From assembly GCA_047947115.1 (NCBI GenBank), contig CP170459.1, forward strand, positions 64,001 through 128,000: a stretch of DNA of 64,000 nucleotides, read 5' to 3'. Under the pieces are notes generated by a model that made no database searches, was not told the DNA's origin, and was given only the letters and a program-made list of their open reading frames with translations. Made by a program: the position numbers and the translations under genes. The DNA is from Verrucomicrobiota bacterium (lineage in GTDB: Bacteria; Verrucomicrobiota; Verrucomicrobiia; Limisphaerales; AAA164-E04). Below, piece by piece: positions 40,599-49,811 of the stretch; within the stretch, counting starts at the first letter, position 1, and each line of letters starts with the position of its first letter.

Positions 40599-43421
40599 TC
40601 AATCCACAAAAACCAATTCGTTCGACATCAGCAAGGTTTGCACATACTGAGTCCAAAGCTCCTTCCGATCGCCCACGACTTCAGATGGATCCGCCTGATC
40701 AGTCGCGCCCATGAATTCCAAACCCCACTGCAATTCTTCCTCACTGGGGTTCCGCTGAAAGAATTGACGATACAGCCGGGTAATCATCTGGTCCTCACTC
40801 CCTGCAACCTGCTCGCTGATTTGTTGCAGGGTCGGAAAGCCGTCCACAACGTGTTTCAGGAACGGACTGTTCATCATATATAATGCCTGCTGGGGCACGC
40901 TGGTGCGGAATCGGCCCGGACTACTTGAATCAGGCGAAGCCAGATCGAAGGTCCGAAAGAAGTTAGGCAGGTTCTGCCTTTCAATATAACCGTAAACCGA
41001 CCGTCGCATTTTCCAGGGTGCCTCGGTGATCTCCACCGGTTTGCCGCCCATCTTCAAATCCAGGTGACCGCTAACTTTCAACAAGGTGTCCCGTGTGCCT
41101 TCCAGATCGAGCCGTTGACGATTGAATTTCCAAAGCAACCGGTTGTCCGGATCTCGCAACTGGTAATCAGATCGAGTCTGGCTGCTTTGCCGAAAGGTCG
41201 CAGAAAGAAGAATCTCCCGCTGGAGTTGCTTGACGGACCATCCGTTGTGAATGAAGGAAGCTGTCAGATAATCCAGCAAATCTCGCTGCACCGGCTCCTC
41301 GCAACGCAAACCAAAATCACTGGCCGACCCCACCAAGCCCGTTCCGAAATGCCAGCCCCATACCCGGTTGACAAACACACGTGCGGTCAATGGATTAGAC
41401 GGGCTTGCGATTTTATTCGCCAATTCGAGACGACCGCTGCCCTCGGAAAAAGGCTGCCGCTCTTCACCCTCCAAAAAACCAAGAAACTGTCTTGGAACCG
41501 AGGGTCCACGGTTGCCGGGACTGCCTCGCAGGAATACAACGGGCGTCACTGGACGATCCTTGTCCAGCAAAGCCATGGCGCGCGCCGGCGCCCCCGGATG
41601 TTCGGCATCGAGCCCGTCCAGCTCGCGCTCCAAACTCCGCACCTTCTGCCCGACACTCACTTCAAACAACCTGGGCAATTCACCAAGGGGCAAATTCGCC
41701 GGAGCATCCGAAGCATATAATACCTGACGCAACGCTTCGCGCTGCGGGTCCGGTAATCCACGGTCGTCGGGTTGTTTGGACTTGAGTTCGTTCCACTCCT
41801 TGCTGACATCGGCAAGCAAACCTCCATAAACGCCGGATAACGCTTCAAGATCGACCGGATTCGATTCGCGTATTTTTTGGCCGACGATTGGATGGACACG
41901 CTCACTGTCCTGCAACAAAGCCAACCATTCAGACTGCTTCTCCGAGCCAAGCAAATCCGGATTTTCGGTCGCCAGCAACCACGGCACCCATACAGGATGC
42001 TTTTCTTCACCCCATCGCTCCAAGGCTTGAACCCATCGCTGAACCGTGCCGGGATCCAGTTTACGTTCCCGCGCCAAAGCCTCTTTCTGCGCACGATCCT
42101 CAATCAAACCAACATCAAAAGCCGCTTTTAAAAACTCTCCCGCTCGATCACGCAAACTTTGCAGGGCGTCCTGTTGAGCTTGATCGAGATAGGTTTCATA
42201 GGCGGCCCGTCGTTTCTTCTTTTCGGAGAGATAGTCCTCATATCTGGGATGAGGCTCACCTCCCAGCAAAGGAAGGTCCTCCGGCTCGTGCGTGCTCGCA
42301 AAAACGCCATACAACGAGTAATAATCTTCTGTCGGGATGGGATCATATTTGTGTTCATGACACCGGGCACAGGCAACCGTCAACCCCATCATCCCGCGGG
42401 AAACGACATCAATACGATCGTCAATAATGTCGTTTTGGTTATTCAAAAAACGACGCCCTAAGGTCAGATATCCCAAAGCGGCGAGCGCCTGTTGATCCTC
42501 CCCCTGCTCCAGTAAATCAGCAGCAAGCTGCTCGCGAATGAACTGGTCATAAGGCAAATCTTCATTAAAAGCCCGCACGAGATAGTCGCGATAGGTATAA
42601 GCAAACGGATAACTCCGGTCCGAAGTAAACACATACCCCTTCGTGTCGGCATAACGTGACACATCCATCCAATGCCGCGCCCACCGCTCCCCATAATGAG
42701 GTGAGGCCAATAAATGCTCGACCACCTTTTCAAAAGCCTTGGGACTGGCATCTGCCAAGAACGCCTCAACCTCTTCAAAAGTCGGAGGCAGTCCGATCAA
42801 ATTAAAATAAACCCGCTTGATCCAGGTACGTCGACCAGCTTCCGGATTTGGTTCCATTTGACGGCTCTCGAGATTTGCCAAAACAAACCGATCCATCGGA
42901 CGTTGCACCCAATCGATCCCGTCCACCTCGGGCCAGTCAGGAGCCTCAACCGGTTGGAACGCCCAGTGCGCCTCGGATTTCAGCTCAATCAAAGACGGAC
43001 CATCCGAATCATCCCTCGGATCAGGAGCTCCCATGGCGATCCATTCTTCGAAACGAGCAATCACAGCATCATCAAGTTTTGGACCTTTTGGTGGCATCTT
43101 CAGGTCTGGATCCTCCTGACGCATGGCCCGGATCAACAAACTCTCACCCGGCTTCCCTTTCACGAAAACCGGTCCTGACTGCCCTCCGAGCTCCATCGCA
43201 GGACGCGCATCCAGCTTCAGTCCCCCCTTGCTCTCCCCCGACTGGTCAGAGTGACACTCGTAGCAAGAATCCACCAACACAGGCCGAATGTGCTGCTCAA
43301 AAAACGCATCCCCCTCCGCCTCTAAGGCATCCAATGACGCCGCCATGAAAGGTAAAACCATCCCAAGGAAGCACAACACCTGCTTCCCCAAGGAAAATCG
43401 ACATGTTTTCACCACTCGCAT
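40599..43421 (-). CDS. PSD1 / planctomycete cytochrome c protein (PSCyt1, DUF1549, DUF1553)
   Basis: CYECH and CARCH haem motifs, HWAFQP, YGERWARHWMD, NPLTARVFVNRVW, PQQAL. Confidence 0.92.
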   Translation of the reverse strand: MRVVKTCRFSLGKQVLCFLGMVLPFMAASLDALEAEGDAFFEQHIRPVLVDSCYECHSDQSGESKGGLKLDARPAMELGGQSGPVFVKGKPGESLLIRAMRQEDPDLKMPPKGPKLDDAVIARFEEWIAMGAPDPRDDSDGPSLIELKSEAHWAFQPVEAPDWPEVDGIDWVQRPMDRFVLANLESRQMEPNPEAGRRTWIKRVYFNLIGLPPTFEEVEAFLADASPKAFEKVVEHLLASPHYGERWARHWMDVSRYADTKGYVFTSDRSYPFAYTYRDYLVRAFNEDLPYDQFIREQLAADLLEQGEDQQALAALGYLTLGRRFLNNQNDIIDDRIDVVSRGMMGLTVACARCHEHKYDPIPTEDYYSLYGVFASTHEPEDLPLLGGEPHPRYEDYLSEKKKRRAAYETYLDQAQQDALQSLRDRAGEFLKAAFDVGLIEDRAQKEALARERKLDPGTVQRWVQALERWGEEKHPVWVPWLLATENPDLLGSEKQSEWLALLQDSERVHPIVGQKIRESNPVDLEALSGVYGGLLADVSKEWNELKSKQPDDRGLPDPQREALRQVLYASDAPANLPLGELPRLFEVSVGQKVRSLERELDGLDAEHPGAPARAMALLDKDRPVTPVVFLRGSPGNRGPSVPRQFLGFLEGEERQPFSEGSGRLELANKIASPSNPLTARVFVNRVWGWHFGTGLVGSASDFGLRCEEPVQRDLLDYLTASFIHNGWSVKQLQREILLSATFRQSSQTRSDYQLRDPDNRLLWKFNRQRLDLEGTRDTLLKVSGHLDLKMGGKPVEITEAPWKMRRSVYGYIERQNLPNFFRTFDLASPDSSSPGRFRTSVPQQALYMMNSPFLKHVVDGFPTLQQISEQVAGSEDQMITRLYRQFFQRNPSEEELQWGLEFMGATDQADPSEVVGDRKELWTQYVQTLLMSNELVFVD

Positions 43422-43615
43422 GCAACCATCATATACAAAACCCAAGACCAGACAATCCCCCAAAATTCACTATTCCAAAGCCCCGGTGCAAGTTCCGAAC
43501 CTATGGTGTTGCCCCCATCCTTCACCCGCCATTTACCATTCGAAAGTTCACCATTCAAAATTGACGCTCTCCTATATTCATAGTAAAAGCTTTGTATCGC
43601 TAACAACATCAACCC

Positions 43616-44446
43616 ATGAAAAAGACAAACGAAGCCATATCCAGCGGCACCTCACAGCGCAAAGGATTTACGTTGATCGAGTTGCTCGTCGTGATCGCGA
43701 TCATCGCCATTCTGGCAGGCATGCTCCTGCCCGCCCTGTCCAAGGCCAAAGAAAAAGCCAAACACACCGGCTGTATCAGCAATCTCAAGCAACTGGGCAT
43801 CGCCTTTGCCATGTATCTGGACGACAACGAAGATGAATTCCCTGGGGTTGCCTCACGCGGCGCCTACGTTCCCATGAAAGAAGACTGGATCTTCTGGAAC
43901 GTCAATCGCTCCACAAGCGAAGGCGATTTCTTCAACAACCCGCAAAACAGCGCTATCGGACCTTACATCGGAAATTTCACCACCAACATCTTCCGTTGCC
44001 CCTCCGACACTGATGTGCTGAGACGCGAAAGAGATTACTACAAAAACCCCTCCTCCGGCAATCCATACCTCTACAGCTACACGATGCTGAGCTTTCTGGA
44101 AGGGGGAAAGAACAAGGGTGTCGGTTCGATTCTGGCTCCCGGAGCGCCATCACTCTACTACAAACAATCCGCCACCAAACTGCCTTCTCAAAAAATCATT
44201 CTGGTGGATGAAAATGGCGATCCAAACCACCATAGCTCAGTCGCAGATGACGGACGATGGGTTCCCACAGGCAACCGCTTGACCGCACGTCATGCCAAGA
44301 ACAAAGGGCAATCCCTGACCGAGGACGAATTCATGAACCAAGGACGCGGAACCGTCCTGATGGGAGATTACCACGTCGAAACCATCACCCCCGCAGCAGC
44401 GTCCTCCAGACAGCACTTTGACACCCAGTGGACCCCGACCAACTGA
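43616..44446 (+). CDS. Prepilin-type N-terminal cleavage/methylation protein (DUF1559 type)
   Basis: [40 protein letters not shown]. Confidence 0.9.
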   Translation: MKKTNEAISSGTSQRKGFTLIELLVVIAIIAILAGMLLPALSKAKEKAKHTGCISNLKQLGIAFAMYLDDNEDEFPGVASRGAYVPMKEDWIFWNVNRSTSEGDFFNNPQNSAIGPYIGNFTTNIFRCPSDTDVLRRERDYYKNPSSGNPYLYSYTMLSFLEGGKNKGVGSILAPGAPSLYYKQSATKLPSQKIILVDENGDPNHHSSVADDGRWVPTGNRLTARHAKNKGQSLTEDEFMNQGRGTVLMGDYHVETITPAAASSRQHFDTQWTPTN

Positions 44447-44483
44447 TCAACCTAAACAACCAGATCTAACATAACCATTTCAC

Positions 44484-44509
44484 AGCCCGCCCCAACGGCG
44501 GGCTTTTTT
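44484..44509 (+). terminator. Rho-independent terminator
   Basis: AGCCCGCC-CCAAC-GGCGGGCT followed by a T run. Confidence 0.85.
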
Positions 44510-44517
44510 CTTAGTGC

Positions 44518-44549
44518 CTTAAGTCCCGCCCCCGGGACGAGTGTGAGAA
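44518..44549 (+). repeat. REP-like hairpin repeat, copy A
   Basis: CTTAA-GTCCCG-CCCC-CGGGAC-GAGTGTGAGAA; 28/32 identical to 45282-45313. Confidence 0.7.
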
Positions 44550-44632
44550 ACACAAAAGGACCTTCCCAAAACCAAACAATCCATCCAGTAAATCTCGTAG
44601 ATCCCGCGACTGTGGCGACTGTCAAAAAACAA

Positions 44633-45184
44633 CTATCTTCCATCCAGCACGGACACCAACTTTTCCCACTTCTCCTCCCCAAATGCCCCCTCACTCCGCC
44701 CGACCACCTTGCCCTTCGCATCCACCACCACGACCACAATCGAAGCCTCGGAATCGATCTTCAGCGCAGTCTTGAAAGGCTCTTTATCAATGTGCAAGGT
44801 CACCGTCCTGGTGCGATCCCCCTCATCCTTGATCCCTGACCGCATCCCACGATAAATGATCCAGCGCAAGACAGAATTCATAGGCTTGATGGTGGGCAAT
44901 TCGAAATAATCCACATCCTCCCGCTCCTCCAACAGCCCCTTCAATGAAGGCAACCAAGTATCCACCTCAGGTTGCTGCTTCTGTTCGAACGCAATGACCG
45001 CAATATGAAAAGGCTTCTTGGAAAACACATCCGGAAATTGAACAACCTCCCCCTGCAAACTCTTCCCCTCCACCTTCGGAAAAACCATCTCCGCATCCGA
45101 AGCGATTCCAACAATGCCCCCCAGAGATAAGAACAAACCAGTTATTCCCCACCGGCTTACCCGTTTAAGCAAATTATTCAACAT
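44633..45184 (-). CDS. Thioredoxin-fold, ATP10-like exported protein
   Basis: FPKVEGKSL.G....P, AF...QQ..VDTW, I..GMRSGI. ATG 45184 is followed by a signal-like segment. Confidence 0.65.
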   Translation of the reverse strand: MLNNLLKRVSRWGITGLFLSLGGIVGIASDAEMVFPKVEGKSLQGEVVQFPDVFSKKPFHIAVIAFEQKQQPEVDTWLPSLKGLLEEREDVDYFELPTIKPMNSVLRWIIYRGMRSGIKDEGDRTRTVTLHIDKEPFKTALKIDSEASIVVVVVDAKGKVVGRSEGAFGEEKWEKLVSVLDGR

Positions 45185-45281
45185 CTCCCCAGATTGCCGT
45201 AAGCCCCACAAATGTCCACCCCTCAATTCACCATTCAAAAGTAGCCACCCATAAAACTTTCTTACCTCAGCGCCTTCGTGG

Positions 45282-45313
45282 CTTAAGTCCTGCGCGCAGG
45301 ACGAGTGTGAGAA
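45282..45313 (+). repeat. REP-like hairpin repeat, copy B
   Basis: CTTAA-GTCCTG-CGCG-CAGGAC-GAGTGTGAGAA. Confidence 0.7.
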
Positions 45314-45380
45314 TAAACAAACCACTTGCAAAACCCCAAAAAACCATGGAACAATCACCCCATTGGAAGCAGATCCAAAC

Positions 45381-45471
45381 GGAAGGGTGGCTGAGTTGGT
45401 TGAAGGTACCTGACTCGAAATCAGGCGTACGGGAAACCGTATCGTGGGTTCGAATCCCACCCCTTCCGCCA
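45381..45471 (+). tRNA. tRNA-Ser (anticodon CGA)
   Basis: Acceptor GGAAGGG/CCCTTCC-G-CCA; anticodon arm CCTGA-CTCGAAA-TCAGG; long variable arm; T-arm GTGGG-TTCGAAT-CCCAC. Confidence 0.97.
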
Positions 45472-45725
45472 GCTCCTCTTATGCACGTCTAACAGAGAAA
45501 CTTAAATCAGATCTACATTACTTGACAGTGCGATAGCATAACACCTATGCATAACATGTGTGTCCGTGTTATGGATGTCAAAACGCATTTGGAGGTGTTG
45601 AGGCCGGATTAGCAGAGCAACAACAGACCCGGAAAATAAACGGTCAGGAGGGTGAAATCGAATCGAAGAAGCCCCATGACTGAGCGATAATCTCTCCAAG
45701 GCTTTGTTTACCGCCAAAAACCGTA

Positions 45726-46169
45726 TCAAGTCACATCACACCCGGAGTTTTCGTTAGAGCTCAGAATCGCGGTCACAGAGTTGACCTGGATCACCTTGCT
45801 CTGCTGCCCATGCGACCGGGCCAAACCGCCGATAACCCGCTCAGCTCGCTTGGATAGCATCTCCAGCGCCCTCTCCCGTTTCAGGATAGCGTCGATGCGA
45901 CGGGGCATCGGCATACGGCGAATCCAGTGTAGCGTCTCCATCACATCAGTGGACATGACCCTTTCATATTCGGCTGGCAGTTGATTGTCGTCCAGATCAT
46001 CACCACACTGTCGATCAGATCCGTCAGGGCCGTCCCACATATAACGTCGTTTCCACTCACGAACGGTGCCTGGTTTGATATCCAAAAGAGAGCCAATCTC
46101 CTGGGATGATTTACCGGCTTCAATTAGTTCCTTGGCTTGTCGTCTGATGTCTAGTGATATTGAAGACAT
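45726..46169 (-). CDS. HTH protein resembling a phage terminase small subunit / gpP N-terminus
   Basis: EIGSLLDIKPGTVREWKRRYMWD HTH signature; located just 3' of a tRNA. Confidence 0.55.
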   Translation of the reverse strand: MSSISLDIRRQAKELIEAGKSSQEIGSLLDIKPGTVREWKRRYMWDGPDGSDRQCGDDLDDNQLPAEYERVMSTDVMETLHWIRRMPMPRRIDAILKRERALEMLSKRAERVIGGLARSHGQQSKVIQVNSVTAILSSNENSGCDVT

Positions 46170-46175
46170 GCCTAA

Positions 46176-46226
46176 AGCTTATCGAATATTTGACAGAAAC
46201 TCAATACTGTATCGTTACAGTGTTGA
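46176..46226 (-). promoter_or_regulatory. Leaderless-type promoter with overlapping palindrome
   Basis: Minus strand TTGAGT-N17-TAAGCT-N6-ATG. Palindrome TCAATACTGTA-TCGT-TACAGTGTTGA (46201-46226) overlaps the -35. Confidence 0.45.
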
Positions 46227-46288
46227 AAAATAAGTGAACCTCCACGTCTGCTGGAAGCAGGTTCAGATCCTCGACACCTTGCATCCCT

Positions 46289-46328
46289 GCTTTCAGGCAA
46301 ATGGAGTTTCGACCTTTTGACACCGTTC
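46289..46328 (-). mobile_element. Orphan left end of the IS4-family element
   Basis: Reverse complement matches 54238-54280 with 2 substitutions and a 3-nt gap. Confidence 0.8.
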
Positions 46329-46442
46329 CAAAAATGTTGCAAGGGGCAAATGCCTTAAGAATGTGGTGTTTTTTCCATTTTACTTCCTCCTATGGGATCC
46401 GAATGAAGTTTTTTTGTGAAATATTTAAGGGATAATGTCCAA

Positions 46443-47042
46443 TCACCAACCAACGGCTCCAGATTTACCTTGTTTGGTAATGATTTTCTCATCCTCCCAA
46501 ATAGCGAGTCCGGCTTGATCAGTTAAAGACATTTGGAAAATGTAGCTAACCTGCTTGGTACGGCCATCACGAGCATAATCTTCTAGAATTTTACCAGTCA
46601 GCGTATAGTCAGGCAAACGTTGCCCACTCCCGCGACCGGTCATTGCCAGATATTCCTGGGTTTCTTTGGCCAAAGGATCCTCGACACCACCGTACGCCAA
46701 CGTAGTGGTGGTTAACATCTTCCCACTACGATTAAGCTCAATGCGCATTTTCTTTACCAATTGATCGGTGTCCAAGTGAGCTGTTGTATTGTTAGAGATG
46801 CGACTGATGGCCATAACCGCCGGTTCACCTGGTTCGCTGGACTGCAACTGGCCTTCGGCCAATTTTCCCAGGATCGTTTGTATGAAGGCATCAGCTGCGT
46901 TGGAAAAGTCCTGAATATTGATTTTCCCGACATTAACTACGGTGCGCTGACCATTAGGATCGACGTAGGTAGAACTCGTAGCACAGCCTACCAACCAAAC
47001 TGGCAACATGCCTATGGCGATGAATTTCTTTACTTGTCTCAT
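46443..47042 (-). CDS. LpoB-like lipoprotein (COG3417)
   Basis: Lipobox LVGC; ISNNTTAHLDT; DYTLTGKI...YIFQMSL.D...GLAIWEDEK.I.K. Confidence 0.8.
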   Translation of the reverse strand: MRQVKKFIAIGMLPVWLVGCATSSTYVDPNGQRTVVNVGKINIQDFSNAADAFIQTILGKLAEGQLQSSEPGEPAVMAISRISNNTTAHLDTDQLVKKMRIELNRSGKMLTTTTLAYGGVEDPLAKETQEYLAMTGRGSGQRLPDYTLTGKILEDYARDGRTKQVSYIFQMSLTDQAGLAIWEDEKIITKQGKSGAVGW

Positions 47043-47082
47043 AACTAATGAATTAAATAATAGTGTTCTGGTTTGCGTGTGG

Positions 47083-47520
47083 TTATCTCTTCGCCCTGGT
47101 TAATTTTAACCGAAAATCCTTCGCTTTTTGAGTTGGCGCAATGGAGGTGAGAAAAATGGTTTCTTTGCCTAAAATTTCGCGTACTTGGTATACTTTGGAA
47201 GAGGACTGCACCAGATTCCCATCCATATCAAACCATTCAAACAAGTATTCAAAATGTTTGGGTCGACTGGTGGCATTACGGATTTCTACCTGCACCTTTG
47301 CAAATCCACCAGGCGTCACCGTTTCGTTCACCCCAAGAATCTGAGCCCTGGATCCTAATATAGGATCCGGAAGAACTCGTTTGTCCGAAATCATTTGTTT
47401 ATTAGCAACAGGCTCACTAGGGGCAACCGTGTTGACCGTATTACACCCCAAGACGAAAACATACAGGACCATCAAGCCCCAAAATCGGGCCGTAAAGAAA
47501 TCTAATGTAGAGCGGTTCAT
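47083..47520 (-). CDS. YcfL / DUF1425 lipoprotein
   Basis: Lipobox VLGC; N......FEYLFEWFD.DG; AP...A.DFRL. Confidence 0.8.
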   Translation of the reverse strand: MNRSTLDFFTARFWGLMVLYVFVLGCNTVNTVAPSEPVANKQMISDKRVLPDPILGSRAQILGVNETVTPGGFAKVQVEIRNATSRPKHFEYLFEWFDMDGNLVQSSSKVYQVREILGKETIFLTSIAPTQKAKDFRLKLTRAKR

Positions 47521-48914
47521 AGCAAATTAAAATGATTCACGATAATCGGTGAAGTCTGATTGACTGATCGAACGTAGATGATATTGGAACTTCCTTCAAG
47601 AACAGGAACATCAACCGTGTGCAATCCATCTGGAGTTGAAACGCGAATGTTTCCATCAACAGGTGTTGCAACTCGACAATATTGAAACTCCTTAGGCAAT
47701 GTGGTCCAAGTTCGAAGATCGGCAATATTGACGGCTGCTTGCGCAACGGCAGTACCTATTTTAGAAATGAGGCCTGCCATCCCATTTCCGACTCCCTCAT
47801 TAATAGCATAGGCAGCCGCTGCCTTAACGATGGTGGAGATCATCGTTTTGGTAATGATAACCGGCAGTTCCTTTCTAAACGCATTTCCTACGATGGTATC
47901 CATACTGGCAACAATCAGCGTTTCGGCTGTTTGTCCTCCAGCCTGGACTTTCAAGTGCCTATGGAAATTGTCATGGAACTTCAATTTAGGGAATGCAGCT
48001 CCGACGTAGGATACCTTCGCGATGATGATGGGGATATCAATTCTGATCTGATCCCTACTGGGAGCACTTCCCGTTTCAAAAATGACGTAAGTGATCGGTT
48101 CGAGATTTGCACCTTCCATCTTCTGTTCAATTCGGGCAATTTCTGATTCCACGTAAGTGTTTTCAGGAGAGAATGTTTTAAGGTTCTCAAACGATTTCCG
48201 GGCCCGCTCTAGGTCTGCTCGATCTGCAGGTTGATGCTGGAAAAAGAGCCCGTCCACGAACACTGTGAATGGATTTACGTAATCTCCATACGGTTTGAGA
48301 TGTGCGAGAGATTGGTCCATCCCATCCAAAGTGGCTGCGAACTGCTCATTCTCTCTGGCTTTTTCGATTTTTTCAGCTTCTTTGCTTTCTTTCTCCTCTT
48401 GTTGGGCTTTCTCAATCGCTTTCTTGTTTTCCTCTACAGCATCCTGCTGCCTTCGGTATGCACGAAAAATTTCGGTTCTTACTTTCTCATACTCCCCCTG
48501 CTCCCAATAATTAAGAGCCTTATAGGTGTTGAGCATAATCTTGTCATAGGCCCTGCCTTTATATGGCAGATTGGCCTGATTCGACATGGTGGCACCGGCT
48601 TCTCGTGAGATGGACACCTTGGCTTTCGCTTCGTATTCATCAATTTTGACCTCCGCCTTTTCAAACGCCAAAGTGCTTTCCACGATCTGATCGTTGGCTC
48701 GTAAGGCTGTAGCGTGCTCCATATGCCACACGATGTGGTCCTTTGTGTCGTGATTCTTTTCCGCTTGTTTGGCGAATTCGGTGACAGCCAGATCAATCTG
48801 ACCACTGTTCCAATGTCCTATTGCCTTGCTACTTTGCTTTTTATAAGTCTGACACCCCGTGACATAGAGACACGCAACTGCCAAACTCAGTAACTTTAAG
48901 ATTTGATGACTCAT
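47517..48914 (-). CDS. COG3014-family TPR-like lipoprotein
   Basis: Lipobox VTGC; PYKGRAYDKIMLNTYKALNY; YVNPF; ADLRTWTTLP. Confidence 0.85.
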   Translation of the reverse strand: MSHQILKLLSLAVACLYVTGCQTYKKQSSKAIGHWNSGQIDLAVTEFAKQAEKNHDTKDHIVWHMEHATALRANDQIVESTLAFEKAEVKIDEYEAKAKVSISREAGATMSNQANLPYKGRAYDKIMLNTYKALNYWEQGEYEKVRTEIFRAYRRQQDAVEENKKAIEKAQQEEKESKEAEKIEKARENEQFAATLDGMDQSLAHLKPYGDYVNPFTVFVDGLFFQHQPADRADLERARKSFENLKTFSPENTYVESEIARIEQKMEGANLEPITYVIFETGSAPSRDQIRIDIPIIIAKVSYVGAAFPKLKFHDNFHRHLKVQAGGQTAETLIVASMDTIVGNAFRKELPVIITKTMISTIVKAAAAYAINEGVGNGMAGLISKIGTAVAQAAVNIADLRTWTTLPKEFQYCRVATPVDGNIRVSTPDGLHTVDVPVLEGSSNIIYVRSVNQTSPIIVNHFNLL

Positions 48915-48949
48915 ATTTTTTGTTGCTGGCTAACGTTTTTTCCAAGGAC

Positions 48950-49795
48950 CTAAGGACGCAATATTGAACCCTTTACGATTCCGAGATTCTCCACGACTTC
49001 GCCTTTCGAAAATTTGGGAAGCACACTCGTGATTTTAGCTTTGCCTATATAGATTTCTTCAGATCCAAGCACTTCACCAGTATCCGGATCAACCAGAGCT
49101 TCCCCCGCTGTAAATATTTTCCAAATCTGCCCCACAGCAATGCCTGTACCGTCTCCACGGTTCAACGTGACGACGTCCCCGGTAATTGCCAGGACCTTCG
49201 CTGGATAAATAACATCCGCAATTCTTCTGGCCGCCTTGCTGGATGTTTCCTGAGCCATCTCCAACAACAATGCATCGGTTGCATTACCCCGGGTTGTTGC
49301 CGAGTTGATGTTTTCATCCACCAGGGTACGCTCAGCTTGAACACTTACAGCTTCCAACAATCTCCCCTCTCCCGTGTCGTAAATCTTCAAGAACAGAGAC
49401 ACTCGGACCGTTCTGCGCAACACCGTTTTACCCAATGTTTCAAACGTTGCCTTCTCGGAAATATCCTGAAAATCGTCTATACTCGGTACCACCAGATAAT
49501 CCACTCCGGCAATTGTTCCACCGCTCAAAGCTTGTTCTTCCAACACGGATCTCATGTCACTACGAGCAGCAAGTTTAAACTTCCTGGTTTCGTGCACTGC
49601 CACCGTGATTTGACCATCCAGGGATTGAGTTACCCTGTCCAAGGCATTCTTGAGTCCTTCCGAACTGATTTTCTGAGCCAAAGCAGGAGGCACCTTTACC
49701 TCTCCAACACCCAAGGTCTTCAACTGAGCTTGGATTCGGGCAGAACTGGCAAGCAGCAACACGACAGCAATTGATTGAATGATATACTTTTTCAT
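48950..49795 (-). CDS. CsgG/HfaB-like protein with FlgT-like C-terminal domain
   Basis: Signal peptide; TRKF...R..M..VL.EQ.L; YPAKVL...VTLNRG...LVDPDTGEVLG. Confidence 0.75.
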   Translation of the reverse strand: MKKYIIQSIAVVLLLASSARIQAQLKTLGVGEVKVPPALAQKISSEGLKNALDRVTQSLDGQITVAVHETRKFKLAARSDMRSVLEEQALSGGTIAGVDYLVVPSIDDFQDISEKATFETLGKTVLRRTVRVSLFLKIYDTGEGRLLEAVSVQAERTLVDENINSATTRGNATDALLLEMAQETSSKAARRIADVIYPAKVLAITGDVVTLNRGDGTGIAVGQIWKIFTAGEALVDPDTGEVLGSEEIYIGKAKITSVLPKFSKGEVVENLGIVKGSILRP

Positions 49796-49811
49796 GCGAA
49801 TGAATCTGTTT

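Noticed and set aside
45185..45460. N-terminal extension of ORF 44633-45460
   Set aside because: It is the antisense reading of tRNA-Ser and a REP. The likely start is 45184.
46207..46220. LexA (SOS) box CTGT...ACAG
   Set aside because: The spacer is 6 nt rather than 8, and it does not match the verrucomicrobial TGTTC-N4-GAACA form. Kept only as a generic palindrome.
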